From Candidatus Limnocylindria bacterium (GTDB lineage: Bacteria > Chloroflexota > Limnocylindria > QHBO01), in assembly GCA_035709505.1 (NCBI GenBank), contig DASTEQ010000160.1, positions 1-43,132 of the forward strand: 43,132 nt of DNA. Reading direction: 5' to 3'. The notes under the pieces are model-generated. The model was given only the letters and a program-made list of their open reading frames with translations. It did no database searches and had not been told where the DNA came from. Made by a program: the position numbers and the translations under genes. Within the stretch, counting starts at the first letter, position 1. Each line of letters opens with the position of its first letter. Shown one piece after another: positions 1 through 13,338 of this stretch.

Positions 1-522
1 CTCCCGCCGGCCAATGGGATCCAGCGAGCTGACAGGCTCGTCGAGGAGGAGGACTGGAGGCCTCGCCACGAGGGCCTGGGCGATCCCGAGTCGTTGCCGC
101 ATGCCGCCCGAGTACGTCCCGGCCGGTCGGTCGGCCGCTTCGGTCAGTTCGACGAGGTCGAGTACCTCCCGCACCCGAGCCGCGTTCGGCCTGGCATCGA
201 CCGGGTACAGCGACCCCACGTACTCGATCGTCTCGCGCCCCGTCATCCAGCCATAGAAGCGCGGTTCTTGGCTGAGATAGCCGACCTGTCGACGGTACGC
301 CGGCCCGGCCGTGACCGGAACGCCTGCCACGTGGGCGGTTCCGCGGGTGGGCCGGACCAGTCCGGCCAGCAGCTTGAGGGCCGTGGTCTTGCCGGCTCCA
401 TTCGGTCCAAGGAAGCCATAGATGGTCCCCGTTGGAACTTCGAGCGTCAGGTCGGTGAGCGCCTGCACACCGGGGTAGTGCTTGGTCAGTCCGGCCATCG
501 CGATGGCCGCCTGGCTGGTCAT
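1..522 (-). CDS. ABC transporter ATP-binding protein (3' end runs off the window)
   Basis: Absent from the ORF track because no stop lies in the window. Reverse-complement translation from ATG 520-522: MTSQAAIAMAGLTKHYPGVQALTDLTLEVPTGTIYGFLGPNGAGKTTALKLL...YSGGMRQRLGIAQALVARPPVLLLDEP. Walker A, ABC signature and Walker B are present. GGAGGAG lies 6 nt upstream of the ATG. Confidence 0.9.
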   Translation of the reverse strand, partial: MTSQAAIAMAGLTKHYPGVQALTDLTLEVPTGTIYGFLGPNGAGKTTALKLLAGLVRPTRGTAHVAGVPVTAGPAYRRQVGYLSQEPRFYGWMTGRETIEYVGSLYPVDARPNAARVREVLDLVELTEAADRPAGTYSGGMRQRLGIAQALVARPPVLLLDEPVSSLDPIGRRE

Positions 523-693
523 CGAGATCTCCTCCGAAGTCGTGCTGCCACGGCCGGAGGGTCCACCTTGGTCGCGCTCGTGTCGTCCGCCTGTGGTCGC
601 GAATCGATCCGCGATTCTCGGATTGGTCGCCTTCCTCCAACCGCTACCCCGGTGTCGATGTGGTCATCCGCGGGAGACGGCCGCGGAGCTTCT

Positions 694-741
694 TCGGGGT
701 CCGCGGAGCGATCTCGGGGTCCGCGGAGCGATCTCGGGGTC
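694..741. repeat. 20-bp direct tandem repeat (2.4 copies) between the response regulator and the ABC ATPase gene
   Basis: TCGGGGTCCGCGGAGCGATC at 694-713 and 714-733, then a partial copy at 734-741. Related CCGCGG-containing copies lie at 671-690. Confidence 0.85.
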
Positions 742-1429
742 AGCCGACGCGCGACTCGGACGTCCCCGGGCGGACGACGCCAAGCTCATAGGCCAGCATC
801 ACCAGCTGGGCCCGATCCCGAAGCTCGAGCTTCATGAGCAGGTGCGAAACATGGGTCTTGACCGTCGGCTCCGCCAAGGACAGCCGTTCGGCGATCTCGC
901 GATTGGACAGGCCGTTCGCAACGAGCTCCAGGATCTCGCGCTCTCGGCCGGTGAGGTCCCGGAGGCGCTCAGCCACCTCCATCTCGTCAGCGGGAACCGA
1001 CAGACGCGCGAATCGGTCGATCAACCGGCGCGTGACCGACGGCGCCAACAGCGCCTCCCCGGCCGCGACGATGTGGATGGCCTGGACGAAGTCGGCGGCA
1101 TCGACATCTTTGAGGAGGAAGCCACTCGCGCCGGCCCGCAGGGCCAGGACGACGTTCTCGTCGGCATCGAAGGTGGTGAGGATCAGGATCCGTGGGCGAC
1201 CGTCTCCTTTCATGATCGCCAGTCTCCGCGTCGCCTCCACCCCGTCCATGACCGGCATACGGACGTCCATGACCACGACGTCAGGCGCCAGGCCAGCCGC
1301 CAGCTCGACCGCCTCGCGCCCATTCGCGGCCTCGCCGACCACCTCGATGCCCTCCTCGTCGGCCAGGATCATGCGGAAGCCGGTCCGCACGAGCTGCTGG
1401 TCATCCGCGAGCAGGACGCGGATGCTCAC
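740..1429 (-). CDS. Two-component response regulator, NarL/LuxR family
   Basis: 229 aa. Receiver domain (VLLADDQQLVR...VVMDVRMPVMDG) plus C-terminal LuxR HTH (LTGREREILELVANGLSNREIAERLSLAEPTVKTHVSHLLMKL). The GTG start overlaps the kinase stop (GTGA). Confidence 0.9.
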   Translation of the reverse strand: MSIRVLLADDQQLVRTGFRMILADEEGIEVVGEAANGREAVELAAGLAPDVVVMDVRMPVMDGVEATRRLAIMKGDGRPRILILTTFDADENVVLALRAGASGFLLKDVDAADFVQAIHIVAAGEALLAPSVTRRLIDRFARLSVPADEMEVAERLRDLTGREREILELVANGLSNREIAERLSLAEPTVKTHVSHLLMKLELRDRAQLVMLAYELGVVRPGTSESRVG

Positions 1430-2613
1430 GTCAGCGCGCTCACAGGCTCGTCGAGCGGAAGGCTCGCGCTGACTCGGAACCCGGTGGCGGTCGGCTGCGC
1501 GGTAAAGGTCCCCCGCAGGATCGCGACCCGTTCACGCATGCCAATCAGTCCCACGCCGTCGTGCGTCGCCTCGACTTCGCCCCGCGTGCTCGTTCCCCGC
1601 TCATCGTCGACCGAGATGTCGAGCGACTCGTTCTGATACCGCACGGTCACGCGAGCGCGACCGCCTCCCGCGTGCTTGAGCGAATTCGTGAGGGCCTCCT
1701 GGATGATCCGGTACGCGGACAGTTCGATGCCGGGATCCAGCGTCCGCGGCTCCCCCTGGATCGACAGCTCCACCGCGAGCCCCGCCCCCCGGATCTGCTC
1801 GAGGAGCTCGCCGAGCAGGTCGAGCCCAGGCGCCGGCTCGACGATCTCTGGGTGTCCGAGGATGCCGAGCATGCGGCGCATGTCGGAGAGCGCCTTGCGA
1901 CCGGTCTTGCCAATCGCCTCGAGTGCCGCTCGGCTCTCGGCCGGCCGCTTGTCGAGCGCGCGGAGCGCGCCACTGGCCTGGATGACCATGACACTCACGT
2001 GGTGCGTCACCGCATCGTGGAGCTCGCGGGCAATCCGCTCCCGCTCCTCCCGGAGGACGCGCCGAGCGCGCTCCTCCCGCTCGAGTGCCATGAGCCTCGT
2101 TTGCTCCTCCAGGGAATGGGTATAGAGCCGACGGACGCGCGTCGCGTCGCCGACGAACCATGACGCGAGGAAGAAGAGCTGGGTCTGGATGAGCGACTGC
2201 GGCCCGATCGCGACGCCGGTGTGCTGGACGATCGCGACCCCGAGGACGACGCAGGCCGACACCGCGAGCGGCAGGGAGACGCGCCGCTCGAGCCGCTCAC
2301 CAATCGTGAAGAACGCGACCAGGATGCCGGGGCTCGCGTTCAGGTGAGCGCCGTCGGGGAGGAGCCAGGTCTGGATCGCCATTGAACCCGTGACCACGAT
2401 CAAGACCCCGACCGGATGGCGCCGCCTGACGACGAGGGGCATCGTCTGGAGCAGCAGGAGCGTGATGTTCAGCGGACCGGCCGGCCCGAGATCGGTCGCG
2501 CCGGCCGCCAGGGCGAACAGCGAGAGTGCAGAGAGTCCGAGCGCGATCATCGCGTCGACCGCCAGCGGATTCGCGCTGATCGCCGTTCGAATCCGGTTCA
2601 TCGGTTCGGACAC
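1426..2613 (-). CDS. Sensor histidine kinase (HisKA_3/DesK-like) with N-terminal membrane domain
   Basis: 395 aa. Several hydrophobic N-terminal segments, H-box RIARELHDAVTHHVSVMVIQ, and HATPase_c motifs (QEALTNSLKHA, DDERG, GVGLIGMRER). Start is GTG 2613; the alternative is ATG 2601. Confidence 0.85.
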   Translation of the reverse strand: MSEPMNRIRTAISANPLAVDAMIALGLSALSLFALAAGATDLGPAGPLNITLLLLQTMPLVVRRRHPVGVLIVVTGSMAIQTWLLPDGAHLNASPGILVAFFTIGERLERRVSLPLAVSACVVLGVAIVQHTGVAIGPQSLIQTQLFFLASWFVGDATRVRRLYTHSLEEQTRLMALEREERARRVLREERERIARELHDAVTHHVSVMVIQASGALRALDKRPAESRAALEAIGKTGRKALSDMRRMLGILGHPEIVEPAPGLDLLGELLEQIRGAGLAVELSIQGEPRTLDPGIELSAYRIIQEALTNSLKHAGGGRARVTVRYQNESLDISVDDERGTSTRGEVEATHDGVGLIGMRERVAILRGTFTAQPTATGFRVSASLPLDEPVSALT

Positions 2614-2722
2614 TACTCCTCGGTCGCAACGAGGTCGTCAGCCAGGCGATTTGATGGGCGGTCGATATTTCGGTATCAGCCGCGGAGAGGGGTGTATGGG
2701 TGACGGGGTCGAGCTTCGATCG

Positions 2723-3388
2723 CTAGATGCGCTGCATCCTCAGGCGGCCACCGGCGAAGGCGAAGATCCCCATCGTGACCGCGAAGTGGCCAACCATGGC
2801 CGGGATCACCGATTGGGTGCTGATCGTGGCCAGGCCACAGGCGTAGCCCAGGATCACCGAGCCGACCACGAAGTACCAGTCGCGCTCCCGCCAGACCCGC
2901 CGATGGGCGGCGCCAAAGATCACGGCCTGCAGCGCGACGGCCAGCCCCGCGTCGAGGCCGCCGACCAGCATCAGGCCGAGGATGACCGAGCGGAACTGGA
3001 GCTCCTCGGCCATCGCGTTCAGCGCCGCGCCGACGGTCCGGCTCGGCAGCATGTCGAGCGGGAGCGGGACGAGGGAGCGGAAGCGAACGAGAGCCAGCGC
3101 CGCGCCATTGAGCGTGCCGACCACGGCGAATGCCAGCATCACGGGGAGCAGCTCCGACGCGTCAGCACCCACCAGGAACAGCGATGCGCGGCCACGGGGC
3201 AGGATGAGGATGATCCCGGCGGTGAACAGCAGGACGAGCCCGTAGTAGCTCAGCGGGCCCATCCAGCGCGAGCGGCTGCGGAAGTAGTCGCTGCGCATGA
3301 TCCGCTCCTGGTCGAAGCGGAGGACGACCATGAATACGGTCATCCCGATCGCGATCGAGAGGCGGAGGGATTCGGCGAAGTCGCCCAT
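2723..3388 (-). CDS. CPBP family intramembrane glutamic endopeptidase (CAAX protease-like)
   Basis: 221 aa polytopic membrane protein with EELQFRS (EExxxR), FGAAHR and a distal HFAV motif. The start overlaps the lepA stop (TGATG). Confidence 0.8.
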   Translation of the reverse strand: MGDFAESLRLSIAIGMTVFMVVLRFDQERIMRSDYFRSRSRWMGPLSYYGLVLLFTAGIILILPRGRASLFLVGADASELLPVMLAFAVVGTLNGAALALVRFRSLVPLPLDMLPSRTVGAALNAMAEELQFRSVILGLMLVGGLDAGLAVALQAVIFGAAHRRVWRERDWYFVVGSVILGYACGLATISTQSVIPAMVGHFAVTMGIFAFAGGRLRMQRI

Positions 3389-5199
3389 CAGGTCGTCGTC
3401 TCGTTCATGCGGAGCACGGCGAGGAATGCCTCCTGCGGGATCTCGACCGAGCCGACCCGCTTCATCCGCTGCTTGCCCTCTTTCTGCTTCTCGAGCAGCT
3501 TCCGCTTCCGCGTCACGTCACCGCCATAGCACTTGGCGATGACGTCCTTTCGGTAGGCCCGGATCGTCTCGCGGCTGATGATATGGGAACCAATGGCCGC
3601 CTGGACCGGCACCTCGAACGACTGGCGGGGGATCAGCGCTTTGAGCTTTTCGACCAGGCTGCGACCGATGCGCGGGGCATTCGACCGATGGACGATCAGG
3701 CTCAGCGCGTCGACCGCCTCGCCGTTGACCAGGATGTCGAGCTTGACCAGGTCCGCTGAGCGATACCCGATGAACGTGTAGTCCAGGCTCGCGTAGCCAG
3801 AGGATCGGCCCTTCAGCTGATCGTAGAAGTCGACGATAAGCTCGGCCAGGGGCATCTCGAAGTGCATGTTCACCCGTCGCGGGTCGAGGTACTCCATCGT
3901 CCCGAAGACTCCGCGTCGCGCAGTCGTCAGCTCCATCACCGGGCCGACGTACTCGGTCGGGGTAATGACCTGGAGACCGACCCAGGGCTCGGCGATGTCC
4001 TCTACCTCCCCGGGAGGCGGCATCCGGGCCGGGTTGTCCACCACGACCTCGCTCCCACCGGTGCGCCGAACGCGGTACTCGACCGATGGCGCCGAGGCGA
4101 TGAGGTCGAGGTCGAACTCGCGCTCCAGGCGTTCCTGGACGATCTCCATATGGAGCAGGCCGAGGAACCCGCAGCGGAAGCCATGGCCCAGCGCCACGCT
4201 CGACTCGGGCTCCCACACGAACGACGCGTCGTTGAGGTGGAGCTTGTCGAGCGCGTCGCGCAGGAGCGGGTAGTCGTCGCCGCGCAGCGGGTAGATGCCA
4301 GCGAACACGAGGGGGAGTGCAGGGCGGTAACCGGGGAGCGGCTCCGGGGCCGAATGGCGGGCGGACGTGAGGGTGTCGCCGACCCGTGCGTCGGCGATCG
4401 ACTTCAGGCCGGTGGCCACGTACCCCACCTCCCCGGCGGCCAGGGTGGGGGCCGCCACAGCCTGCGGCCGGAACCAGCCGAGCTCGAGAATCTCGGAGGT
4501 GACACCGGTGGCCATGAACCGGATCCGGTCATGGTCGTGGAGGGTGCCGTTCGCCAGCCGGACGTAGGCCACTACGCCTTTGTACGGGTCGTAATGGCTG
4601 TCGAAGACGAGGGCCTGGAGAGGCGCGGCGGGGTCACCGGGAGGTGCCGGGATGCGGGTCACGATCGCCTCGAGGATGGCGTCGACACCGGTCCCGTCCT
4701 TGGCCGAGGCCAGGATCACCTCCTCCCGCGGAATGGCGAGCGTCTCCTCGAGCTCGGCCATGACCATGGCCGGATCGGCGCTGGGCAGGTCCACCTTGTT
4801 GACGACCGGGATGATGACCAGCCCCTGCTCATTGGCCAGCTGGGCGTTGGCCAGGGTCTGGGCCTCAATCCCCTGGCTGGCGTCGATGACCAGCAGCGCG
4901 CCTTCGCAGGCCTGCAGGGACCGGCTGACTTCGTACGAGAAGTCGACGTGGCCCGGAGTGTCGATGAGGTTGAGCACGTACTCGTGGCCATCGGCCGCGG
5001 TATGGAGCAGGCGCACCGCGCGGGCCTTGATCGTAATCCCCTTCTCTCGCTCGAGGTCCATCGAGTCCAGCACCTGGCTGGTCATCTGGCGCGGGTCGAT
5101 GGTGTGGGTCGCTTCCAGCAGCCGATCGGCGAGCGTGCTCTTCCCGTGGTCGATGTGGGCGACGATCGAGAAGTTGCGGATCCGCTCGCGGGCTGTCAC
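3388..5199 (-). CDS. lepA: Translation elongation factor 4 (LepA)
   Basis: [44 protein letters not shown], and full-length similarity to EF4 including the C-terminal LepA domain. I chose GTG 5199 ([10 protein letters not shown]...) because it aligns with the E. coli N-terminus and lies 8 nt after a TAGACT -10 box. The longest ORF starts at 5226. Confidence 0.92.
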   Translation of the reverse strand: MTARERIRNFSIVAHIDHGKSTLADRLLEATHTIDPRQMTSQVLDSMDLEREKGITIKARAVRLLHTAADGHEYVLNLIDTPGHVDFSYEVSRSLQACEGALLVIDASQGIEAQTLANAQLANEQGLVIIPVVNKVDLPSADPAMVMAELEETLAIPREEVILASAKDGTGVDAILEAIVTRIPAPPGDPAAPLQALVFDSHYDPYKGVVAYVRLANGTLHDHDRIRFMATGVTSEILELGWFRPQAVAAPTLAAGEVGYVATGLKSIADARVGDTLTSARHSAPEPLPGYRPALPLVFAGIYPLRGDDYPLLRDALDKLHLNDASFVWEPESSVALGHGFRCGFLGLLHMEIVQERLEREFDLDLIASAPSVEYRVRRTGGSEVVVDNPARMPPPGEVEDIAEPWVGLQVITPTEYVGPVMELTTARRGVFGTMEYLDPRRVNMHFEMPLAELIVDFYDQLKGRSSGYASLDYTFIGYRSADLVKLDILVNGEAVDALSLIVHRSNAPRIGRSLVEKLKALIPRQSFEVPVQAAIGSHIISRETIRAYRKDVIAKCYGGDVTRKRKLLEKQKEGKQRMKRVGSVEIPQEAFLAVLRMNETTT

Positions 5200-5252
5200 G
5201 GCGGGCAAGTCTAGCCCGGCGCCCACATCGGTCTATCGGTCAGCGGTGGTCA

Positions 5253-7106
5253 TCACCCGGTGCCAACCAGGGTCACCCCGTTCACGGTTTGGTAGTGGCT
5301 GTTGTAGGTGTTGGAGTGGATGACCTCGCCTGTCGTCGCGTCGCGGACCGTCCGGGTCACGGTCACGCTGAACCCGTGGTGAGGGTACTCGACCCGCTTG
5401 CTGGTGCCGGCCGGCAGGGTGGAGGTGTACTGGATCGTGTCGGCTGCGGTCCTGTGCCCCCAGGTCGTTGGGGCGGAGAAGCTCACGACCCGGTTCGTCG
5501 GCAAGCCCCACAGGTCAAAGCGGACCACACCGGGTGAGGCGAACGAGCGAATGACGACGGGGCCTGCGGTGTCGTTGGTGAAGGTCATGCTCTGCTCGTA
5601 GGTCGAGGTCGCGAACACGGTCGCGTCCAGGCCCATCGGGTAGCGCTCGATGTAGTAGTAGTGGTTCGCCCGGGCGCCCATCTGCAGACCGGCACGGAGG
5701 GCGGTATTGAAGATCGTGGTCGAGGTCGAGCAGATCCCACCGCCGATCGCCTGGTCGCCGGTGCTCCGGCCGTCAATGATCGCGCCGCCGTAGGTGTAGC
5801 CGCGCGCGGCGGTCACCGGACCGATGTCGCGCCAGAAGTCGAAGTCTTCGCCCGGCAGGATGACCATCCGATCGATGTCCATCGCCGGGATGCTGATGTT
5901 GCGGCTGAACCCGTTCCCGGCGGACGGGACGTAGAAGGTTGTCCACGTTGACAGGCGGACGAGCTGCGGGAGGATCTCGGTGGCAGCCGCCGTCGTGAGC
6001 GAGGGCTCGACGAACGTCGCGGCCAGCGCGACCTCGGGCGTCTCGACGCCGGCACCGCGCTGCTCCAGGCCGTCGACCATGGCCGCCACCGTCCCCGGCA
6101 CATTGAGATCGCGGCCGGTGACGGCGGCCTGGACACCATTCGGTGTGGCGCCGTTGAAGGTGAAGGTCGCGTCCTGCGGGTCGCGATGGATGGCAGTCAC
6201 GTGAGCCGACAGGGCCTCCGCCAGCACCTCCCGATCGAGGAGCACCCCGTAGCTGCCGCCGGGGCGCTTCCCGAAGGTGATCGCCGCATGGATGACCTCG
6301 GCTTCAATGGCGTAGGCATCGCCGCCGTCGACCAGCCGGAGCGGAGTCGCAAACATGGCGCGAGCCGCGCCGGCGGCGGCCGCCGCGTCCCGCTGGGTCA
6401 CCGCGAACGGAATGGACTCGCTGGTGAGCGCGATCGCCGGCTCGTCAGCGCCGGGCTCGAGCACGGCCGAGAGGACCGCGCCACGGATGGTGTCCGGGTG
6501 TATGCGCCGCCCCGGGACTGGGACGGTGACGGCGTAGGTCCCATCGGGATTGGTGATCACGGCGGCATCGATCGGCGGCGTGAAGGTCCGGGCCGCGGTG
6601 TCGACCACGAGCTGATCGAGACGTTCAGGGTCGATGGCCACCGCATCGGGGATCTGGTTGCCGAGCAGGAGCGCCGCCAGGCGGGCCTGGCCGTCCGCCC
6701 ACAGGTCGCCGCTGCGTCCCACGGCCAACGCGGAGCCCACGAGGCCTGTGTAATCGTGATCGCGGCCGAGGTCGGTGAGCGGGACGCGAGTCGACTCCCC
6801 ATCGAGGGTGATGACCAGGTTGCCGGCGGTGATGTCAGGAAGCCGCTCGCGGAGACGGGCCTCGGCTTCGACGGCCGTCAGCAGACCCACGTCGACCCCG
6901 GCGATCGCCACCCGGGGCATGACTCGCCCATCGAGCGCGATACCGAGGGCGCCCGAGACCACGACCGGCACGAGCAGCATGGCGAGAAAGACGCCCGCCG
7001 CCAGTACGGCCAGAACCGCTGAGCGGGGAAGGGCGTCGAGGCGGCGCGCGATGTCCGACCGGGGGGTGACGTCGGCGCCTGGGCTCGCAACCGCGGGGGT
7101 ACGCAT
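5253..7106 (-). CDS. VanW family protein with N-terminal membrane anchor (YoaR-like)
   Basis: 617 aa. One N-terminal TM segment (VLAVLAAGVFLAMLLVPVVV), repeated peptidoglycan-binding-like region, and a VanW core (GGGICSTSTTIFNTALRAGL...HYYYIERYPMGLDATV). Confidence 0.8.
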   Translation of the reverse strand: MRTPAVASPGADVTPRSDIARRLDALPRSAVLAVLAAGVFLAMLLVPVVVSGALGIALDGRVMPRVAIAGVDVGLLTAVEAEARLRERLPDITAGNLVITLDGESTRVPLTDLGRDHDYTGLVGSALAVGRSGDLWADGQARLAALLLGNQIPDAVAIDPERLDQLVVDTAARTFTPPIDAAVITNPDGTYAVTVPVPGRRIHPDTIRGAVLSAVLEPGADEPAIALTSESIPFAVTQRDAAAAAGAARAMFATPLRLVDGGDAYAIEAEVIHAAITFGKRPGGSYGVLLDREVLAEALSAHVTAIHRDPQDATFTFNGATPNGVQAAVTGRDLNVPGTVAAMVDGLEQRGAGVETPEVALAATFVEPSLTTAAATEILPQLVRLSTWTTFYVPSAGNGFSRNISIPAMDIDRMVILPGEDFDFWRDIGPVTAARGYTYGGAIIDGRSTGDQAIGGGICSTSTTIFNTALRAGLQMGARANHYYYIERYPMGLDATVFATSTYEQSMTFTNDTAGPVVIRSFASPGVVRFDLWGLPTNRVVSFSAPTTWGHRTAADTIQYTSTLPAGTSKRVEYPHHGFSVTVTRTVRDATTGEVIHSNTYNSHYQTVNGVTLVGTG

Positions 7107-7161
7107 CGAATCTGGCGCGGATTGTCGCCGAATGGGCCGTTCCGTGTCGACAAGACCTCGG

Positions 7162-7170
7162 TGCTATACT
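7162..7170 (+). promoter_or_regulatory. Candidate extended -10 promoter (TGcTATACT) for rpsT
   Basis: TG-n-TATACT at 7162-7170, about 70 nt upstream of the rpsT GTG. It shares a near-identical 14-mer with the tRNA-Ala upstream region. No clear -35. Confidence 0.4.
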
Positions 7171-7239
7171 CCGCCGCCGATCGGCCCCGGCCGAATCCGC
7201 GGTCCAGAACCCCCATTTCACACCGAGGACTGCCCTTCC

Positions 7240-12287
<5,048 letters not shown>

Positions 12288-12308
12288 TCTACCGGCCGGA
12301 AATGGAGA

Positions 12309-12333
12309 GGCCGCCGAGCGGGGCTCGGCGGCC
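12309..12333 (-). terminator. Intrinsic terminator-like hairpin downstream of the zinc-ribbon gene
   Basis: Perfect 11-bp GC stem GGCCGCCGAGC / GCTCGGCGGCC with a 3-nt loop. On the minus strand it is followed by UCUCCAUUUCC. Confidence 0.6.
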
Positions 12334-12352
12334 GATGAGGCGAACGGGGGCC

Positions 12353-12496
12353 TCAGCCTCCGATTTTGAACATCTTGGTGCCGCACACGGGGCACGTGCC
12401 CTGCGTCGCGGGCTTGCCGTTCTTCATCGTGATCTTGCGGTCATCCTTCATGGTCCGCTTGGTCTTGCACTTGACGCAGTAGCCGTCGGTCGCCAT
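12353..12496 (-). CDS. Small zinc-ribbon protein (DUF5679-like), 47 aa
   Basis: Below the ORF-track size cutoff. Translation: MATDGYCVKCKTKRTMKDDRKITMKNGKPATQGTCPVCGTKMFKIGG, with two CxxC pairs. AGGAGG lies 9 nt upstream and third positions are G/C-rich. Confidence 0.7.
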   Translation of the reverse strand: MATDGYCVKCKTKRTMKDDRKITMKNGKPATQGTCPVCGTKMFKIGG

Positions 12497-12531
12497 CGGT
12501 TCGTCTGCCTCCTAAGCGTTTGATTCTCTGG

Positions 12532-13338
12532 TTACGACCCGCCGCTCCCGTCCTTCTCCCAGAGAAGGTGGATGCCGGTCAGCCCGGCCTCGATGCAGCG
12601 AGCCTCCGCGGCCTCCTTGTCCGCGCCTTCCCCCACGAAGGTCCCGGCGGTTCGCTGCGCGTACACCGCACAGACGGTGCCCGCACGCGATCCGGCCAGG
12701 CCCGCCAGCACGAAAAGTGCTGACGACTCCATTTCGAGGTTCGCGACTCCTTGGCGCCGCAGCTCCTCGGCGAGATCAGGATAGCGAACGGGGAGCGTGT
12801 GCATCGCCCTTCCCTGCGGGGCGAAAAAGCCTGGTGCCGTGGCAGTGATCCCCACGTGGTAGACGTACCCCAGCTGGCGGCATGCCGTCTCCAGGGCCTG
12901 GACGACGTCCCGATGGGCAATTGCCGGATAGCCGGGGTGGACGTAGTAGTCGGTCGTGTTCTCCAAACGCACGGCCCCGGTCGAGACCACCAGGTCGCCT
13001 AAAGCGATGTCCGCTTGCAGCCCGCCCGACGAGCCGACGCGCACGAACGTCGGCTGGTCAGTGATCTCGAGCACCTCGGCCAGCACGATCTCGGTGTTGT
13101 CAGGGCCCATGCCCGTCGACATGACCGACAGGCGCATGCCCTGCCAGGTCCCGGTCGCCGTCGTGATCTCGCGGTTGCTGCGCTCCAGCTCCACGCTGTC
13201 GAACCGGGAGGCGACCTTGGCCACCCGGCCCGGCTCGCCGACCAGGAGGATGTACTCCGCCAGTTCGCCGCGCTCGAGCGCGATGTGGTACATGCGCGAA
13301 CCGCTATGCGGCGAATCGGCGCTCGTGACGTCGCTCAC
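12532..13338 (-). CDS. Nucleoside phosphorylase (PNP/UDP phosphorylase family 1)
   Basis: YILLVGEPGRVAKVA, STGMGPDNTEIVLAEV, RVGSSGGL, LEMESSALFVLA. GTG 13338 overlaps the upstream stop (GTGA); the alternative is ATG 13293. The rest of the 427-aa track ORF is a spurious extension. Confidence 0.8.
   Translation of the reverse strand: MSDVTSADSPHSGSRMYHIALERGELAEYILLVGEPGRVAKVASRFDSVELERSNREITTATGTWQGMRLSVMSTGMGPDNTEIVLAEVLEITDQPTFVRVGSSGGLQADIALGDLVVSTGAVRLENTTDYYVHPGYPAIAHRDVVQALETACRQLGYVYHVGITATAPGFFAPQGRAMHTLPVRYPDLAEELRRQGVANLEMESSALFVLAGLAGSRAGTVCAVYAQRTAGTFVGEGADKEAAEARCIEAGLTGIHLLWEKDGSGGS

Noticed and set aside
694-741. The tandem repeats here, and those at 33751-33848, as CRISPR arrays.
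   Set aside because: There are only 2-3 contiguous copies with no spacers. One set lies in-frame inside a coding sequence, and no cas genes are present in the window.
7107-7239. A possible riboswitch or structured leader (for example ydaO-type) upstream of the VanW gene or rpsT.
   Set aside because: I could not match any conserved riboswitch core by eye. I saw only generic GC-rich local hairpins.
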